Part shown: piece by piece, positions 54,901 through 64,000 of the stretch
How positions within the stretch are numbered: the first letter of the stretch is position 1
How the letters are laid out: each line of letters starts with the position of its first letter
Assembly: GCA_020057405.1 (NCBI GenBank)
Contig: JAGVFW010000004.1
Coordinates: forward strand, 64,001 to 128,000
DNA: 64,000 nt
DNA from: an archaeon
GTDB taxonomy: Archaea > Micrarchaeota > Micrarchaeia > Norongarragalinales > UBA97
Direction of reading: 5' to 3'
The notes under the pieces: model-generated
The model's input: only the letters and a program-made list of their open reading frames with translations
What the model was told of the DNA's origin: nothing
Databases searched by the model: none
Translations under genes and position numbers: made by a program

Positions 54901-57278
54901 GTCGAATGGTGCCGTTCAAGTTCTCTACAAAAGCCGAAACGCTCAAGCGGCTCGCGCCCCTGCTGAAAGTCGGCGCGGTGCTGCCGCAACACCACTTCAC
55001 GGTTGGCGAATGGAAGAAAAACAAGCCTGCGATTGCGGCCAAAACGCTAAAAGAATTGGCGGACGCCAAAAAACTCGCAGTGCGCTCAAGCGCAGTTAAT
55101 GAAGACTCGCACTCAAGCTCGATGGCAGGCAACTTCACAAGCTGCCTCAATGTGCAGCCCAATGGGGCGAGCCTTGAAAAAGCGGTTGAAACCGTAATCG
55201 CAAGCTATGGAAACGGCGGGCACGCAAGCGACGCCAACCAGGTCCTCGTGCAGCCGCAGATTGAGAACCTGGAAGTGAGCGGCGTCGCCTTCACCTGCGA
55301 CCTTGACACGGGCGCACCTTACTACATCGTCAACTACGACGACATTTCCGGCAAGACCGACGTCGTAACGTCAGGCACTAGCAACAAGGTCAAGATGTTC
55401 GTCTACAGCAAGTTTTACGGCCAAAAACCAACGAGCCCCAACCTCGCGCTCATCATCTCCGCAGTGCGAGAGCTTGAGAAGGCAACCGGAAGCGAAGCGA
55501 TTGACATTGAGTTCGCCGTGTCAAAAGGCAAGTTTTTTGTTTTGCAGGTGCGGCCGATTACTACCGCTGGCAGGAAGCGCAACTATTCGCAGGAAGCGCT
55601 AAAGCAGGAACTCGACAACATCAAACGCTTCATTCGCGAGAACAAAAGGTCGTTCCCCAACTTGTTCGGCAGTCGAAACGCCTACGGCATCATGCCCGAC
55701 TGGAACCCGGCGGAAATAGTTGGCGTCAACCCCAAGCCCCTGGCGCTCTCGATGTACAAGGAGATTATCACGGACTACATCTGGCCCCTAAGCAGAAAAG
55801 AAGTTGGGTACAAGGACGTCGGCTACCACCCGGGCCTCTGCTCGCTCTCCGGCAAGCCCTACATCGACATTCGCCTCAGCTTAAGCACGTTCCTTGCCGC
55901 AGACATTCCGGATGCGCTTGCGCAAAAGCTCGTAGACTTCCAGCTAAACAAGCTGCAGCTCAACCCCATGCTTCACGACAAAATCGAGTTCCAGATTGCC
56001 CACACTGCCTACAGCCTCAACTTCAAGCAATCGGCGGAGGAACTGCTCAAAAACGGCTTTTCAAAAGAGGAAGTCGAAATTCTACGAAAGTGCCTCCTAA
56101 AGCTTACGAACAACATCCTTGCAGAGCGGGTCACAAGCGTCGGCAGCCAGATGGCACTCGTTTCGCACCTCGATGCCAAGCGCAGGAAAATCAGGCTCTC
56201 CGACATTCCGATTGAAGTGAAAATAGCGCAACTCGTGCACGACTGCAAGTACTACGGCACCCTGCCGTTTTCCAAGCTCGCTCGCTTTGCATTCATCGCA
56301 AGCATTTTGATGCGCTCGCTTCGCGAGCGGGGAGTGATTACGCAGGCGCAGTACGACGGGTTCTTCAGCTCAATAGAGACGGTCGCGACCGAATTCGTCC
56401 GCGACATTGGCGAGATGAAGGCAGGCAAAATGACGCGAGCTGAATTCTTGAACCGCTACGGCCACCTGCGGCCGGGCACTTACGACATCACGTCACTCAC
56501 TTACGCTGAGAACCTTGAGAACTACATTGACCTCAAGCACTACGACTCTGGCAAGACACACGAGAAGTTCGCTTTCGACGCGGCGACCATAAGGCGCATT
56601 GACGGCGAGCTAAAGGCGCAAGGCGTCGAGGCAAACGCGCACGAGCTGCTTAAGTTCGTAGAGGAAGCGACAATCGGCCGCGAGAAGTCGAAACTTGAGT
56701 TCACCAAGAACCTTAGCCTCGCGCTTGACTACTGCACGCAATACCTCCACAGGTACGGAATCGACAGGGAGGACGCGGCGTTTCTGGAAATCGGCGACTT
56801 GCTTGCCGCAAGCCACGACAGCAAGCTCTCAACCGCTAAAGGAGACCTCGAGGCGAAGATTGGGAGCCACAAGGCAAGCTATGAGATGACGAAGGCAGTG
56901 CGCCTCCCGCCACTCATTTTCGACGAGAAGAATGTCGAGTACTTCCACTACCGCGATGACATGCCGAACTTCGTTTCCGACAAGCGGGTTAGCGCAGAAG
57001 CAGCCTACGTTGCCGCAAACACCACCGACGGCGCGTTGTTGGACGGAAAGATTGCACTCATCGAAAACGCCGACCCGGGCTTTGACTGGATATTCAGCCA
57101 CAACATCAAGGGGCTCGTCACGAAATTCGGCGGGGCCAACTCGCACATGGCAATCCGGTCCGCAGAGTTCGGCCTCCCTGCCGCAATCGGCTGCGGGCAA
57201 GTGCTTTTCGCCTACCTCAAGGACGCACGCAAGATAGAAATAGACTGCAGCGTCAAGCAAATAAGGAAAATACAATGA
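54897..57278 (+). CDS. L-glutamine kinase-like PEP-utilising enzyme (Cj1418-like)
   Basis: KF.TKAETL, VRSSA.NED...SMAG.F.S ATP-grasp, GIMPDWNPAEIVG, YGHLRPGTYDI, ADPGFDWIF, phospho-His GGANSHMAIR. Confidence 0.88.
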   Translation: MSRMVPFKFSTKAETLKRLAPLLKVGAVLPQHHFTVGEWKKNKPAIAAKTLKELADAKKLAVRSSAVNEDSHSSSMAGNFTSCLNVQPNGASLEKAVETVIASYGNGGHASDANQVLVQPQIENLEVSGVAFTCDLDTGAPYYIVNYDDISGKTDVVTSGTSNKVKMFVYSKFYGQKPTSPNLALIISAVRELEKATGSEAIDIEFAVSKGKFFVLQVRPITTAGRKRNYSQEALKQELDNIKRFIRENKRSFPNLFGSRNAYGIMPDWNPAEIVGVNPKPLALSMYKEIITDYIWPLSRKEVGYKDVGYHPGLCSLSGKPYIDIRLSLSTFLAADIPDALAQKLVDFQLNKLQLNPMLHDKIEFQIAHTAYSLNFKQSAEELLKNGFSKEEVEILRKCLLKLTNNILAERVTSVGSQMALVSHLDAKRRKIRLSDIPIEVKIAQLVHDCKYYGTLPFSKLARFAFIASILMRSLRERGVITQAQYDGFFSSIETVATEFVRDIGEMKAGKMTRAEFLNRYGHLRPGTYDITSLTYAENLENYIDLKHYDSGKTHEKFAFDAATIRRIDGELKAQGVEANAHELLKFVEEATIGREKSKLEFTKNLSLALDYCTQYLHRYGIDREDAAFLEIGDLLAASHDSKLSTAKGDLEAKIGSHKASYEMTKAVRLPPLIFDEKNVEYFHYRDDMPNFVSDKRVSAEAAYVAANTTDGALLDGKIALIENADPGFDWIFSHNIKGLVTKFGGANSHMAIRSAEFGLPAAIGCGQVLFAYLKDARKIEIDCSVKQIRKIQ

Positions 57279-57919
57279 AAATGAAAATCGGCCTCTCGAT
57301 GCGGATGGTGCGCTGCCAAAAGCCCGGCCACACTACGGGGAAGGGCGAAGTGCGCCACGCCATTTCGCAGGATTGGATGACGCTTTTGCAAAAGCTGGGC
57401 TTTACTCCCGTTTTGTTGCCGTCTGACCTCAAGGACATTCCCCAAATTGACGGCGTGATTCTCACAAACGGCAACAACGTCGACCCGCGCGCCTACGGCG
57501 GGAAGCCCCTTGACGACGTTTTTGCCGAGCGCGATGCTTTTGAGGCAAGGCTCGCCAAGATGGCACTCGGCAAGAAAATCCCGATTCTTGGCGCGTGCCG
57601 GGGCAGCCAGATGCTAAACGTGTTTTTCGGCGGAAAGCTAAAGCAACACGTGGCGGGCCACAGCGGCACGACGCACGCCATTGCACTGCGGAACGGCAAG
57701 CGCGTGACAGTCAACTCTTACCACGACCACGGCATTGCCGCCGACGGGCTTGGCAATTACCTAGAACCGCTTGCGTTTAGCGACGACGGCTTCATTGAGG
57801 CGTTCGGCCACAAAAGCGTACCCGCCATGGGCATCATGTGGCACCCCGAGCGCGGGCCGACTGCGTTTAACGACAGTCTAGTCAAGAGATTTTTCACTCG
57901 CCGAGGAGAACTCATTTGA
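57275..57919 (+). CDS. Class I glutamine amidotransferase; gamma-glutamyl-CDP-amidate hydrolase-like (Cj1417-like)
   Basis: ILGACRGSQ nucleophile, VNSYH, MWHPER. Confidence 0.85.
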   Translation: MKMKIGLSMRMVRCQKPGHTTGKGEVRHAISQDWMTLLQKLGFTPVLLPSDLKDIPQIDGVILTNGNNVDPRAYGGKPLDDVFAERDAFEARLAKMALGKKIPILGACRGSQMLNVFFGGKLKQHVAGHSGTTHAIALRNGKRVTVNSYHDHGIAADGLGNYLEPLAFSDDGFIEAFGHKSVPAMGIMWHPERGPTAFNDSLVKRFFTRRGELI

Positions 57920-58713
57920 AGGCAATCATCCTTGCCGCAGGCAGGGGCACGCGCTTGGGCGATTACGCAAAAGGAATGCCGAAAGCCATGCTCGATTTTG
58001 CAGGCAAGCCCCTGCTTGCAACGCAGCTGAAGGTGCTCCGCGCTGCAGGCGTCAATGACATTACGGTCGTCACGGGTTTTGCCTCCAAAAAAATTGCCTT
58101 TGATGGCGTAAATTACGTCCATAACCCTGATTTTGCGACAACTAACATGGTGGAATCACTCATCGTTGCGCGCGATGAGCTAAAGGCCGGGGCACTCGTG
58201 TGCTATGGCGACATAATCTACGAGCCTAGGGTGCTAAAGGCAGTGATGAAGGCAAAGGCCGACGCCGTAGTTGCAGTTGACTACGACTATCTCGACTATT
58301 GGAAGGCAAGGCTTGGGGACGAATGGGAAAATGACACTGAATCCCTGCGGGTCGTAAACGGCAAAATTACCGAACTAGGCGGGTCAAACCCGTCGGCCAA
58401 GGAGCGGCAATGCCGTTACGTCGGGCTCCTCAAGTTCTCTGCAAACGGGGCAAAGTTGTTGCTTGAGACGTACTACGCTGAAAAGCGGCGCCATTGGGAA
58501 TCCGAGAAGCCTTGGCTTAACTCTCCGTCATTCAAGCAGGCATTCATGACCGACCTGCTAAACGCGTTTATCGCGCGGGGCAATGAAGTCAGGCCAGTGG
58601 AGATAGAGCGCGGGTGGATGGAGTTTGACACTGCTGATGACTATGAAAAGGCAAGCGCGTGGCTGGCTGATGGCAGCATCAAGCGCTTTTTCGACCCACG
58701 GACGCTGGCGTGA
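57916..58713 (+). CDS. LicC-like cytidylyltransferase; phosphoglutamine cytidylyltransferase-like (Cj1416-like)
   Basis: ILAAGRGTRL, PK, NPDFATTNMVESL, YGDIIY, YVGLLKFS, FMTDLL, WMEFDT. Confidence 0.85.
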   Translation: MKAIILAAGRGTRLGDYAKGMPKAMLDFAGKPLLATQLKVLRAAGVNDITVVTGFASKKIAFDGVNYVHNPDFATTNMVESLIVARDELKAGALVCYGDIIYEPRVLKAVMKAKADAVVAVDYDYLDYWKARLGDEWENDTESLRVVNGKITELGGSNPSAKERQCRYVGLLKFSANGAKLLLETYYAEKRRHWESEKPWLNSPSFKQAFMTDLLNAFIARGNEVRPVEIERGWMEFDTADDYEKASAWLADGSIKRFFDPRTLA

Positions 58714-58758
58714 TAGGCTGGACGGGGTTTAAAAGGATTTTCTGGCCCAACTAAGTTT

Positions 58759-60489
58759 ATGAACATACTCGGCGTCTACCCCGTTTGGGGCCACGACACC
58801 TGCGCGGCAATAATCAAGGACGGCAGGCTAGTCGCGGCTGCGGAGGAAGAGCGCTTCACCCGCCACAAGCACGCCCTGCCGCGGCCCCATAGCATGACGA
58901 ACATGATTGACCAGTCCGTCGAGCCCTCGTTTCACTCAATAAAATTCTGCCTCGACTACGCGGGCCTCACCATGGACGACATTGACGCAATTGCAGTGCC
59001 TTGGAACCCCGACCTCATCGTCAAGCAAAACTTTACCAGCGGCTCAAGGCTCATTCCAGAACTCGCCGCAAAGGCGCTCATGCTGCCCGCGGGACGGCTT
59101 TGGCGCTACAAGAAACTCTTCCGCAAGGGCGCGTCACTAAAGCAGGCGCTCTACTACGACTTTTTCATGGAACCATCGCTCTCGGGATATTCGAGCCTTC
59201 CTGAAATAAGGTATTACGAGCACCACCGCGCCCACGCCGCGACCGCTTTCTACGCGTCAGGATTCGAGAACGCGGCGGTCGTGACTGCAGATGGAGCGGG
59301 AGAGTCAAACGCAACAGTCGCCTGGCACGGGAAGGGAAACACGCTAACTAAACTCCGCGAGAAAATGAAGGACCAGTCAATAGGCAATTTCTACACGCTC
59401 GCCACCGAATACCTCAACATGGGCTACGGTGCCGAAGGAAAGACAATGGGCCTCTCGCCCTACGGCAAGCCCAACGCCAAAATCAGGGAAAAACTCCTCC
59501 GCAGGCTTAACCCGGAAACGGGCGACTGGTACGAAGGCAAGCTTGAGACCCTAAACGAGGCTGAAATGGGCTTTCCAGCGCGCACCAACCAGGCGGTTAC
59601 TTCGCCGCCCTATAGCGACCTTGCCTACGAGGCAGAGGAGATTCTTGAGGCGGCGATGGTGAAAGTGGCCAAGTGGACGGTGGAGGCTACGGGAGAAAGC
59701 AAGGTCTGCGTGGCAGGCGGCGTCGGGTTAAGCTGCACGACAAACTCGCGCATCATCAACGCGGGCTTTGCAGACGACATATTCATCTTCCCGGCAGCAA
59801 ACGACGGCGGCACCGCAATTGGGGCGGCCCTTGAATGCGCCGCCGAAATGGGGGAGAAAGTCAAGTTCAAATTCGAGCACGCTTACTGGGGCCCCGAGTA
59901 CTCTGACGCGCAAATTGAAGTTGCGCTAAAGCAGAGCAACGCGAGGTTTGAAGAAACAACTGACCCCGGCGGGGCAGCTGCAGACCTGATTGCAAAAGGA
60001 AAAGTAATCGGCTGGTTCCAAGGCAGGATGGAAATCGGCCCCCGCGCGCTTGGGAACCGAAGCATCCTGGCAGACCCGACGCGCACAGACGCGTGGGAAA
60101 AAGTGAATGAAATCAAGCTGCGGGAAAGGTGGAGGCCGCTCGCTCCAAGCATGCTTTACGAGGCCAAAGACGAGTACCTGGAAAACGCGCGCGACTCACC
60201 CTTCATGATACTCGCATTCCAAGTACCGAAAGAAAAACACAAGGAAATCCCGGCGGTCGTACACGTCGACGGCAGCACCCGACCGCAAACCGTCAAGAAG
60301 ACGACCAACGAAAAATACTGGAACCTAATCAAAAAACTCGAGCAAAACAACGGCACGCCAGTCACACTGAACACCAGCTTCAATGTCGGGCCGGAACCAA
60401 TCGTCTGCACGCCAAAAGACGCGCTGCGAACGTTCTTCACATCCCAGCTTGACGCAATCGTAATCGGGAACTACGTGCTAGAAAAGTGA
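58759..60489 (+). CDS. O-carbamoyltransferase (NodU/CmcH/TobZ family), copy 1
   Basis: HD..AA....G....EEERFTR.KH, EHHRAHA, DGAGE, EGKTMGL, GRMEIGPRALGNRS, HVDGSTRPQ, NTSFN. Confidence 0.95.
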   Translation: MNILGVYPVWGHDTCAAIIKDGRLVAAAEEERFTRHKHALPRPHSMTNMIDQSVEPSFHSIKFCLDYAGLTMDDIDAIAVPWNPDLIVKQNFTSGSRLIPELAAKALMLPAGRLWRYKKLFRKGASLKQALYYDFFMEPSLSGYSSLPEIRYYEHHRAHAATAFYASGFENAAVVTADGAGESNATVAWHGKGNTLTKLREKMKDQSIGNFYTLATEYLNMGYGAEGKTMGLSPYGKPNAKIREKLLRRLNPETGDWYEGKLETLNEAEMGFPARTNQAVTSPPYSDLAYEAEEILEAAMVKVAKWTVEATGESKVCVAGGVGLSCTTNSRIINAGFADDIFIFPAANDGGTAIGAALECAAEMGEKVKFKFEHAYWGPEYSDAQIEVALKQSNARFEETTDPGGAAADLIAKGKVIGWFQGRMEIGPRALGNRSILADPTRTDAWEKVNEIKLRERWRPLAPSMLYEAKDEYLENARDSPFMILAFQVPKEKHKEIPAVVHVDGSTRPQTVKKTTNEKYWNLIKKLEQNNGTPVTLNTSFNVGPEPIVCTPKDALRTFFTSQLDAIVIGNYVLEK

Positions 60490-62103
60490 TTTGAAAATGG
60501 CTAACGTACTCGGCATTTGCGTTGCTTCGGAAGTCCAGGAACGGCATGATACTGGCGCCGCTCTAGTCAAGGACGGCAAGCTCATTGCGGCGGTTGAGGA
60601 AGAGCGCTTCACGCGCAAGAAGCACGAAACGGCCCCGCCCGTGCTCTCGGTAAAGTACTGCCTTGCGGCGGGTGGCCTGACGATGGATGACATCGACGGC
60701 ATTGCAATCATGTGGCGCGACGTGCAGGCGCCTTATGCGGATGTGCTAAACGCAGTTCTGCGCTACAACAAGGCCAAAAACGTGCTTTTGCGCAAGCTCG
60801 GCACTGACTTGAAGAAACTTGCTGGCGGCTACCGCGACCCGCAGCTTGACTTCCTGCGCGAATACAGCCGCTCGCCTCCAGTCACTTACTACGAACACCA
60901 CTTGACGCACGCCGCGACTGCTTTCTACCCGTCGGGCTTCAAAGACGCGGCGATAGTGACTGTCGACGGCACAGGCGAGTGGAACTCGACAGTCGCTTGG
61001 AAGGGCGGCGCCGACGGCATCACAAAACTAAAGGAAAAGCCCAACTCGCAGTCGCTCGGATTCTTTTACTCGGCAGTGACAAAGCACATCCGCATGGGAA
61101 GCCAGGCCGAAGGAAAGACCATGGGCCTGGCGCCGTACGGCAAGCACGACCCCGACATCTACTCGCGGCTTACCAACTTTATCAACCCGAACAAGGGCGA
61201 ATGGTACGAGGGCGCGACGACACGCGACATCAACCAGGCCGACCTCGGCTTTCCCCAACGGCTTGATTCTGAAAAAGCCACTAGCGAAAAGTACGCCAAC
61301 CTCGCCTACAACGCGCAGGAAATCCTAGAAGAGGCGCTCCTAAAAGTTTCCAAGTGGACGGTTGACGAAACCGGTTGCAAAAACATCTGCCTCTCTGGCG
61401 GAGTTGCGCTAAACTGCACGACGAACTCGCGCATCATCAACGCGGGCTTTGCGGATGACATTTTCATCTTCCCGGCAGCAAACGACGGCGGCACCGCAAT
61501 TGGGGCGGCGCTCCAGCTTGCTGAAGAACTTGGAGACAAGACGGCATTCCGGATGGAAAGCCCATACTGGGGCCCCGAATTCACCGACGAGCAAATTGAG
61601 GAAGCACTCAAGGAAAGCGGCGCGACCTTTGAAGAGACTGGCGACCCAAGTGGTTCTGCGGCGGACCTTATTGCAAAAGGCAAAATCATTTGCTGGTTCC
61701 AAGGCAGGATGGAAATCGGCCCCCGCGCGCTTGGGAACCGCAGCATCCTGGCAGACCCGACGCGCACAGACGTGTGGGAGCGCGTAAACGAGGTGAAGCT
61801 GCGCGAACAATGGCGGCCGCTCGCTCCAAGCATGCTCTACGAGGCCAAAGACGAGTACCTAGAAAACGCGCGCGACTCACCCTTCATGATACTCGCATTC
61901 CAAGTGCCAAAAAACAAGCACAAGGAAATCCCGGCGGTCGTACACGTCGACGGCAGCACCCGACCGCAAACCGTCAAGAAGACGACCAACGAAAAATACT
62001 GGAATCTCATCAAGAAACTCGAGCAAAACAACGGCACGCCGGTAACGATGAACACGAGCTTCAATGTCGGGCCGGAACCAATCGTCTGCACGCCAAAAGA
62101 CGC
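60012..62103 (+). repeat. Near-identical direct repeat shared by the two carbamoyltransferase 3' halves (60012-60422 vs 61693-62103; also about 59733-59828 vs 61414-61509)
   Basis: Long identical nucleotide runs including synonymous sites, constant offset 1681. Confidence 0.85.
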
Positions 62104-62170
62104 CATCCGGACGTTTAGGAACTCCAAGCTCGATGCCCTCGTCATCGGAAGCTATGTGCTGCAAAAGTAA
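60497..62170 (+). CDS. O-carbamoyltransferase (NodU/CmcH/TobZ family), copy 2
   Basis: Same motifs: EEERFTRKKH, EHHLTHA, DGTGE, GPRALGNRS, NTSFN. Confidence 0.95.
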   Translation: MANVLGICVASEVQERHDTGAALVKDGKLIAAVEEERFTRKKHETAPPVLSVKYCLAAGGLTMDDIDGIAIMWRDVQAPYADVLNAVLRYNKAKNVLLRKLGTDLKKLAGGYRDPQLDFLREYSRSPPVTYYEHHLTHAATAFYPSGFKDAAIVTVDGTGEWNSTVAWKGGADGITKLKEKPNSQSLGFFYSAVTKHIRMGSQAEGKTMGLAPYGKHDPDIYSRLTNFINPNKGEWYEGATTRDINQADLGFPQRLDSEKATSEKYANLAYNAQEILEEALLKVSKWTVDETGCKNICLSGGVALNCTTNSRIINAGFADDIFIFPAANDGGTAIGAALQLAEELGDKTAFRMESPYWGPEFTDEQIEEALKESGATFEETGDPSGSAADLIAKGKIICWFQGRMEIGPRALGNRSILADPTRTDVWERVNEVKLREQWRPLAPSMLYEAKDEYLENARDSPFMILAFQVPKNKHKEIPAVVHVDGSTRPQTVKKTTNEKYWNLIKKLEQNNGTPVTMNTSFNVGPEPIVCTPKDAIRTFRNSKLDALVIGSYVLQK

Positions 62171-62195
62171 GCTGCGCGTGACCGTTTCGCTTAAC

Positions 62196-63059
62196 TTAAC
62201 CTGAAAGACCGAGCGATAGCACAATTGCCAAAGGCACTAAGGCAAGAATGCCAACGGCGGCAGAAAAGTAGTGTGCGGGAATTCTCTCGGCGGCCCGGGT
62301 GATGACGTCCATGGTTCCAAGCGACACTGCGGCAGAAATTATGATGCCTAGCGCCGCGGCCTCGATTGAAATGCCCGAGAAGCCCTCGACAACGGCAAAC
62401 GCTGCAAAGGCGGCAAGAATCATCGGCGCGGCCATCAAAAAGCTGAGGCGAACGGCTTCGTCGGGCTTGAAACCCTGGGAAAGCAGGGCCGCCTGCGTGA
62501 TGCCGCTGCGGCTGATGCCCGGAAGCACGGCCAAGCCCTGGGCGAGGCCCGTAATGATTGAGGACTTTAGCGTGAGTCCTTCAGTCCGCTCAAGCGTTTC
62601 GGCCTCCGCTGGCGACGGGCCCTCGCGCGAGGCCCACATTATCACGGACATGGTAATCAAGAGAAGGCCGGCGGCTGCCAGGAGCCACTCGCCCTGAAGG
62701 CCGGCTAAGAAGTTCTTTGAAAGAAAGTAAAGCGGGAGGGCCAGGACTGCGGTTGCGGCAATTGAGACGAAAAGAAACGAGTGCTCCTTGTCGGGATAGT
62801 CGCGTGAGGAAAAATCAAGCAGGGAATAAGGGTTTGCGGCTGCCGACTTGACGGCGTTAAGGTACTCGTCGCGGTAGCGGTAGACTGCAGCGGCAAAGTC
62901 CCCCAAGTGCAGCATTAGGGCAAAGGCAAGCGCGTCCTTAAACGAAATGCCGAAAAGCCAGTTGCCTGCGAGGATGACTTGCGTCTTGCTGCTTACGGGA
63001 ATCCACGCGGTAATGCCCTGCACGACGGCCAAAACCGCCGCCTGGATTAAATCCACCAT
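62196..63059 (-). CDS. uppP: UppP/BacA-family polyprenyl-diphosphate phosphatase-like protein (divergent first motif)
   Basis: VQGITAWIPVSSKTQ, LHLG, GLAQGLAVLPGISRSG, SFLM. Confidence 0.85.
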   Translation of the reverse strand: MVDLIQAAVLAVVQGITAWIPVSSKTQVILAGNWLFGISFKDALAFALMLHLGDFAAAVYRYRDEYLNAVKSAAANPYSLLDFSSRDYPDKEHSFLFVSIAATAVLALPLYFLSKNFLAGLQGEWLLAAAGLLLITMSVIMWASREGPSPAEAETLERTEGLTLKSSIITGLAQGLAVLPGISRSGITQAALLSQGFKPDEAVRLSFLMAAPMILAAFAAFAVVEGFSGISIEAAALGIIISAAVSLGTMDVITRAAERIPAHYFSAAVGILALVPLAIVLSLGLSG

Positions 63060-63109
63060 AAGTCGGGTTAACAGCTACTGAATAAAAACAGTGACGGAAT
63101 TACCCTTGC

Positions 63110-64000
63110 ATGGCGAAAATCGCGTTCTTCGACCTCGAGCCATGGGAAGAGGCGCACTTGAGAAAAAGGCTGGCCAAGCACACGCTTCACTTCATTGAAG
63201 GAACGCCAGCTAACGCTGCCCTTGCTGGGGCGGCAAACGACGAGATAATTGCCGCATTCGGCCACTACCCGCTTGACGGAGCTGCGCTTAAGCGCTTTGC
63301 CAAGCTCAAGCTCGTTGCGACGATGTCAACGGGATTCGACCACATCGACTTTCGCGAATGCAGCCGCAGGAAGATTATAGTGTGCAGCGTGCCGGCCTAT
63401 GGCGACAACACCGTTGCCGAACACACTTTCGCGCTTTTGCTCGCAATATCCCGAAACCTGCTCCCGTCAATCGAGCGCGCCAAAAGCGGCCGATTCACTC
63501 CCCACGGGCTGACCGGATTCGACTTGAAGGGAAAGACAATCGGCATCATCGGCACGGGCAGGATTGGCGCTTGGGCCGCGCACATCGCCCACGGGTTCGG
63601 CATGAACGTAATAGCATTTGACAAGCGAAAGAACCCGGACTTGGAAAAAGAGCTTGCAGTGCGTTACCAACGCTCTCTTTCCGCACTGCTTGCAAAGTCG
63701 GACATCATAGCCATTTTTGCGCCACTCACCCCCCAAACGCACCACATGATTGGGGAAAAGCAGTTTAGGCAAATGAAGAAAGGCGTTGTTTTGCTTAACA
63801 CAAGCCGCGGGGGCCTGGTTGACACCGACGCGCTAGTAAAGGCCATCGGCAACGGCACGGTTGCCCACGCTGGCCTCGACGTGCTTGAAGAGGAGGCTTT
63901 CATCCGCGAGGAACGCGAGCTTCTCGCAAAGCACCTGCAAAAACGATTTGACCTGAGAACTGCCCTGGAAAACCACGAGCTGCTCAACCACCCTGCGGTG
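63110..64000 (+). CDS. D-2-hydroxyacid dehydrogenase (D-lactate dehydrogenase-like), partial at window end
   Basis: Manual translation from ATG 63110: STGFDHID, VPAYGDNTVAEH, GIIGTGRIG, NTSRGGLVD, AGLDVLEEE; absent from the ORF track because there is no stop in the window. Confidence 0.9.
   Translation, partial: MAKIAFFDLEPWEEAHLRKRLAKHTLHFIEGTPANAALAGAANDEIIAAFGHYPLDGAALKRFAKLKLVATMSTGFDHIDFRECSRRKIIVCSVPAYGDNTVAEHTFALLLAISRNLLPSIERAKSGRFTPHGLTGFDLKGKTIGIIGTGRIGAWAAHIAHGFGMNVIAFDKRKNPDLEKELAVRYQRSLSALLAKSDIIAIFAPLTPQTHHMIGEKQFRQMKKGVVLLNTSRGGLVDTDALVKAIGNGTVAHAGLDVLEEEAFIREERELLAKHLQKRFDLRTALENHELLNHPAV

Noticed and set aside
63110-64000. Possible pseudogene because no long ORF is listed
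   Set aside because: Manual translation is open in one frame to the window edge; the gene is simply truncated by the window.

Overview
Gene-dense archaeal chromosomal window, GC-rich in coding regions. A DPANN lineage, probably Micrarchaeota-like, is inferred from the compact overlapping genes and a non-canonical tRNA intron; this was not tested phylogenetically. Core genes include the rpl15e-rnp3-rnp2-psmA-sdo1-rrp4-rrp41-rrp42-rpl37ae superoperon (with an inserted HAM1/RdgB), psmB-aCPSF1, serS, metG, aRF1, thermosome, ppsA, pgi, pyrH, a SAMP/TtuA thiolation pair and an S-layer gene. There are 7 tRNA genes, 2 with introns. The most notable feature is a surface-glycan modification cluster (50087-62170) that appears to encode a complete Campylobacter-type O-methyl phosphoramidate (MeOPN) pathway (Cj1415/16/17/18/20-like). 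It also carries a sulfotransferase-fold candidate phosphoramidate transferase, a CysQ recycling enzyme, a flippase and two tandem carbamoyltransferases with near-identical 3' halves. Other oddities: a tRNA-Asp with an intron at position 10/11 directly downstream of a free-standing LAGLIDADG gene, three copies of a structured dispersed repeat abutting gene 3' ends, an unexplained highly folded non-coding region upstream of the S-layer gene, and an unannotated 43-aa hyper-acidic ORF. All calls come from reading motifs by eye; no searches were run.
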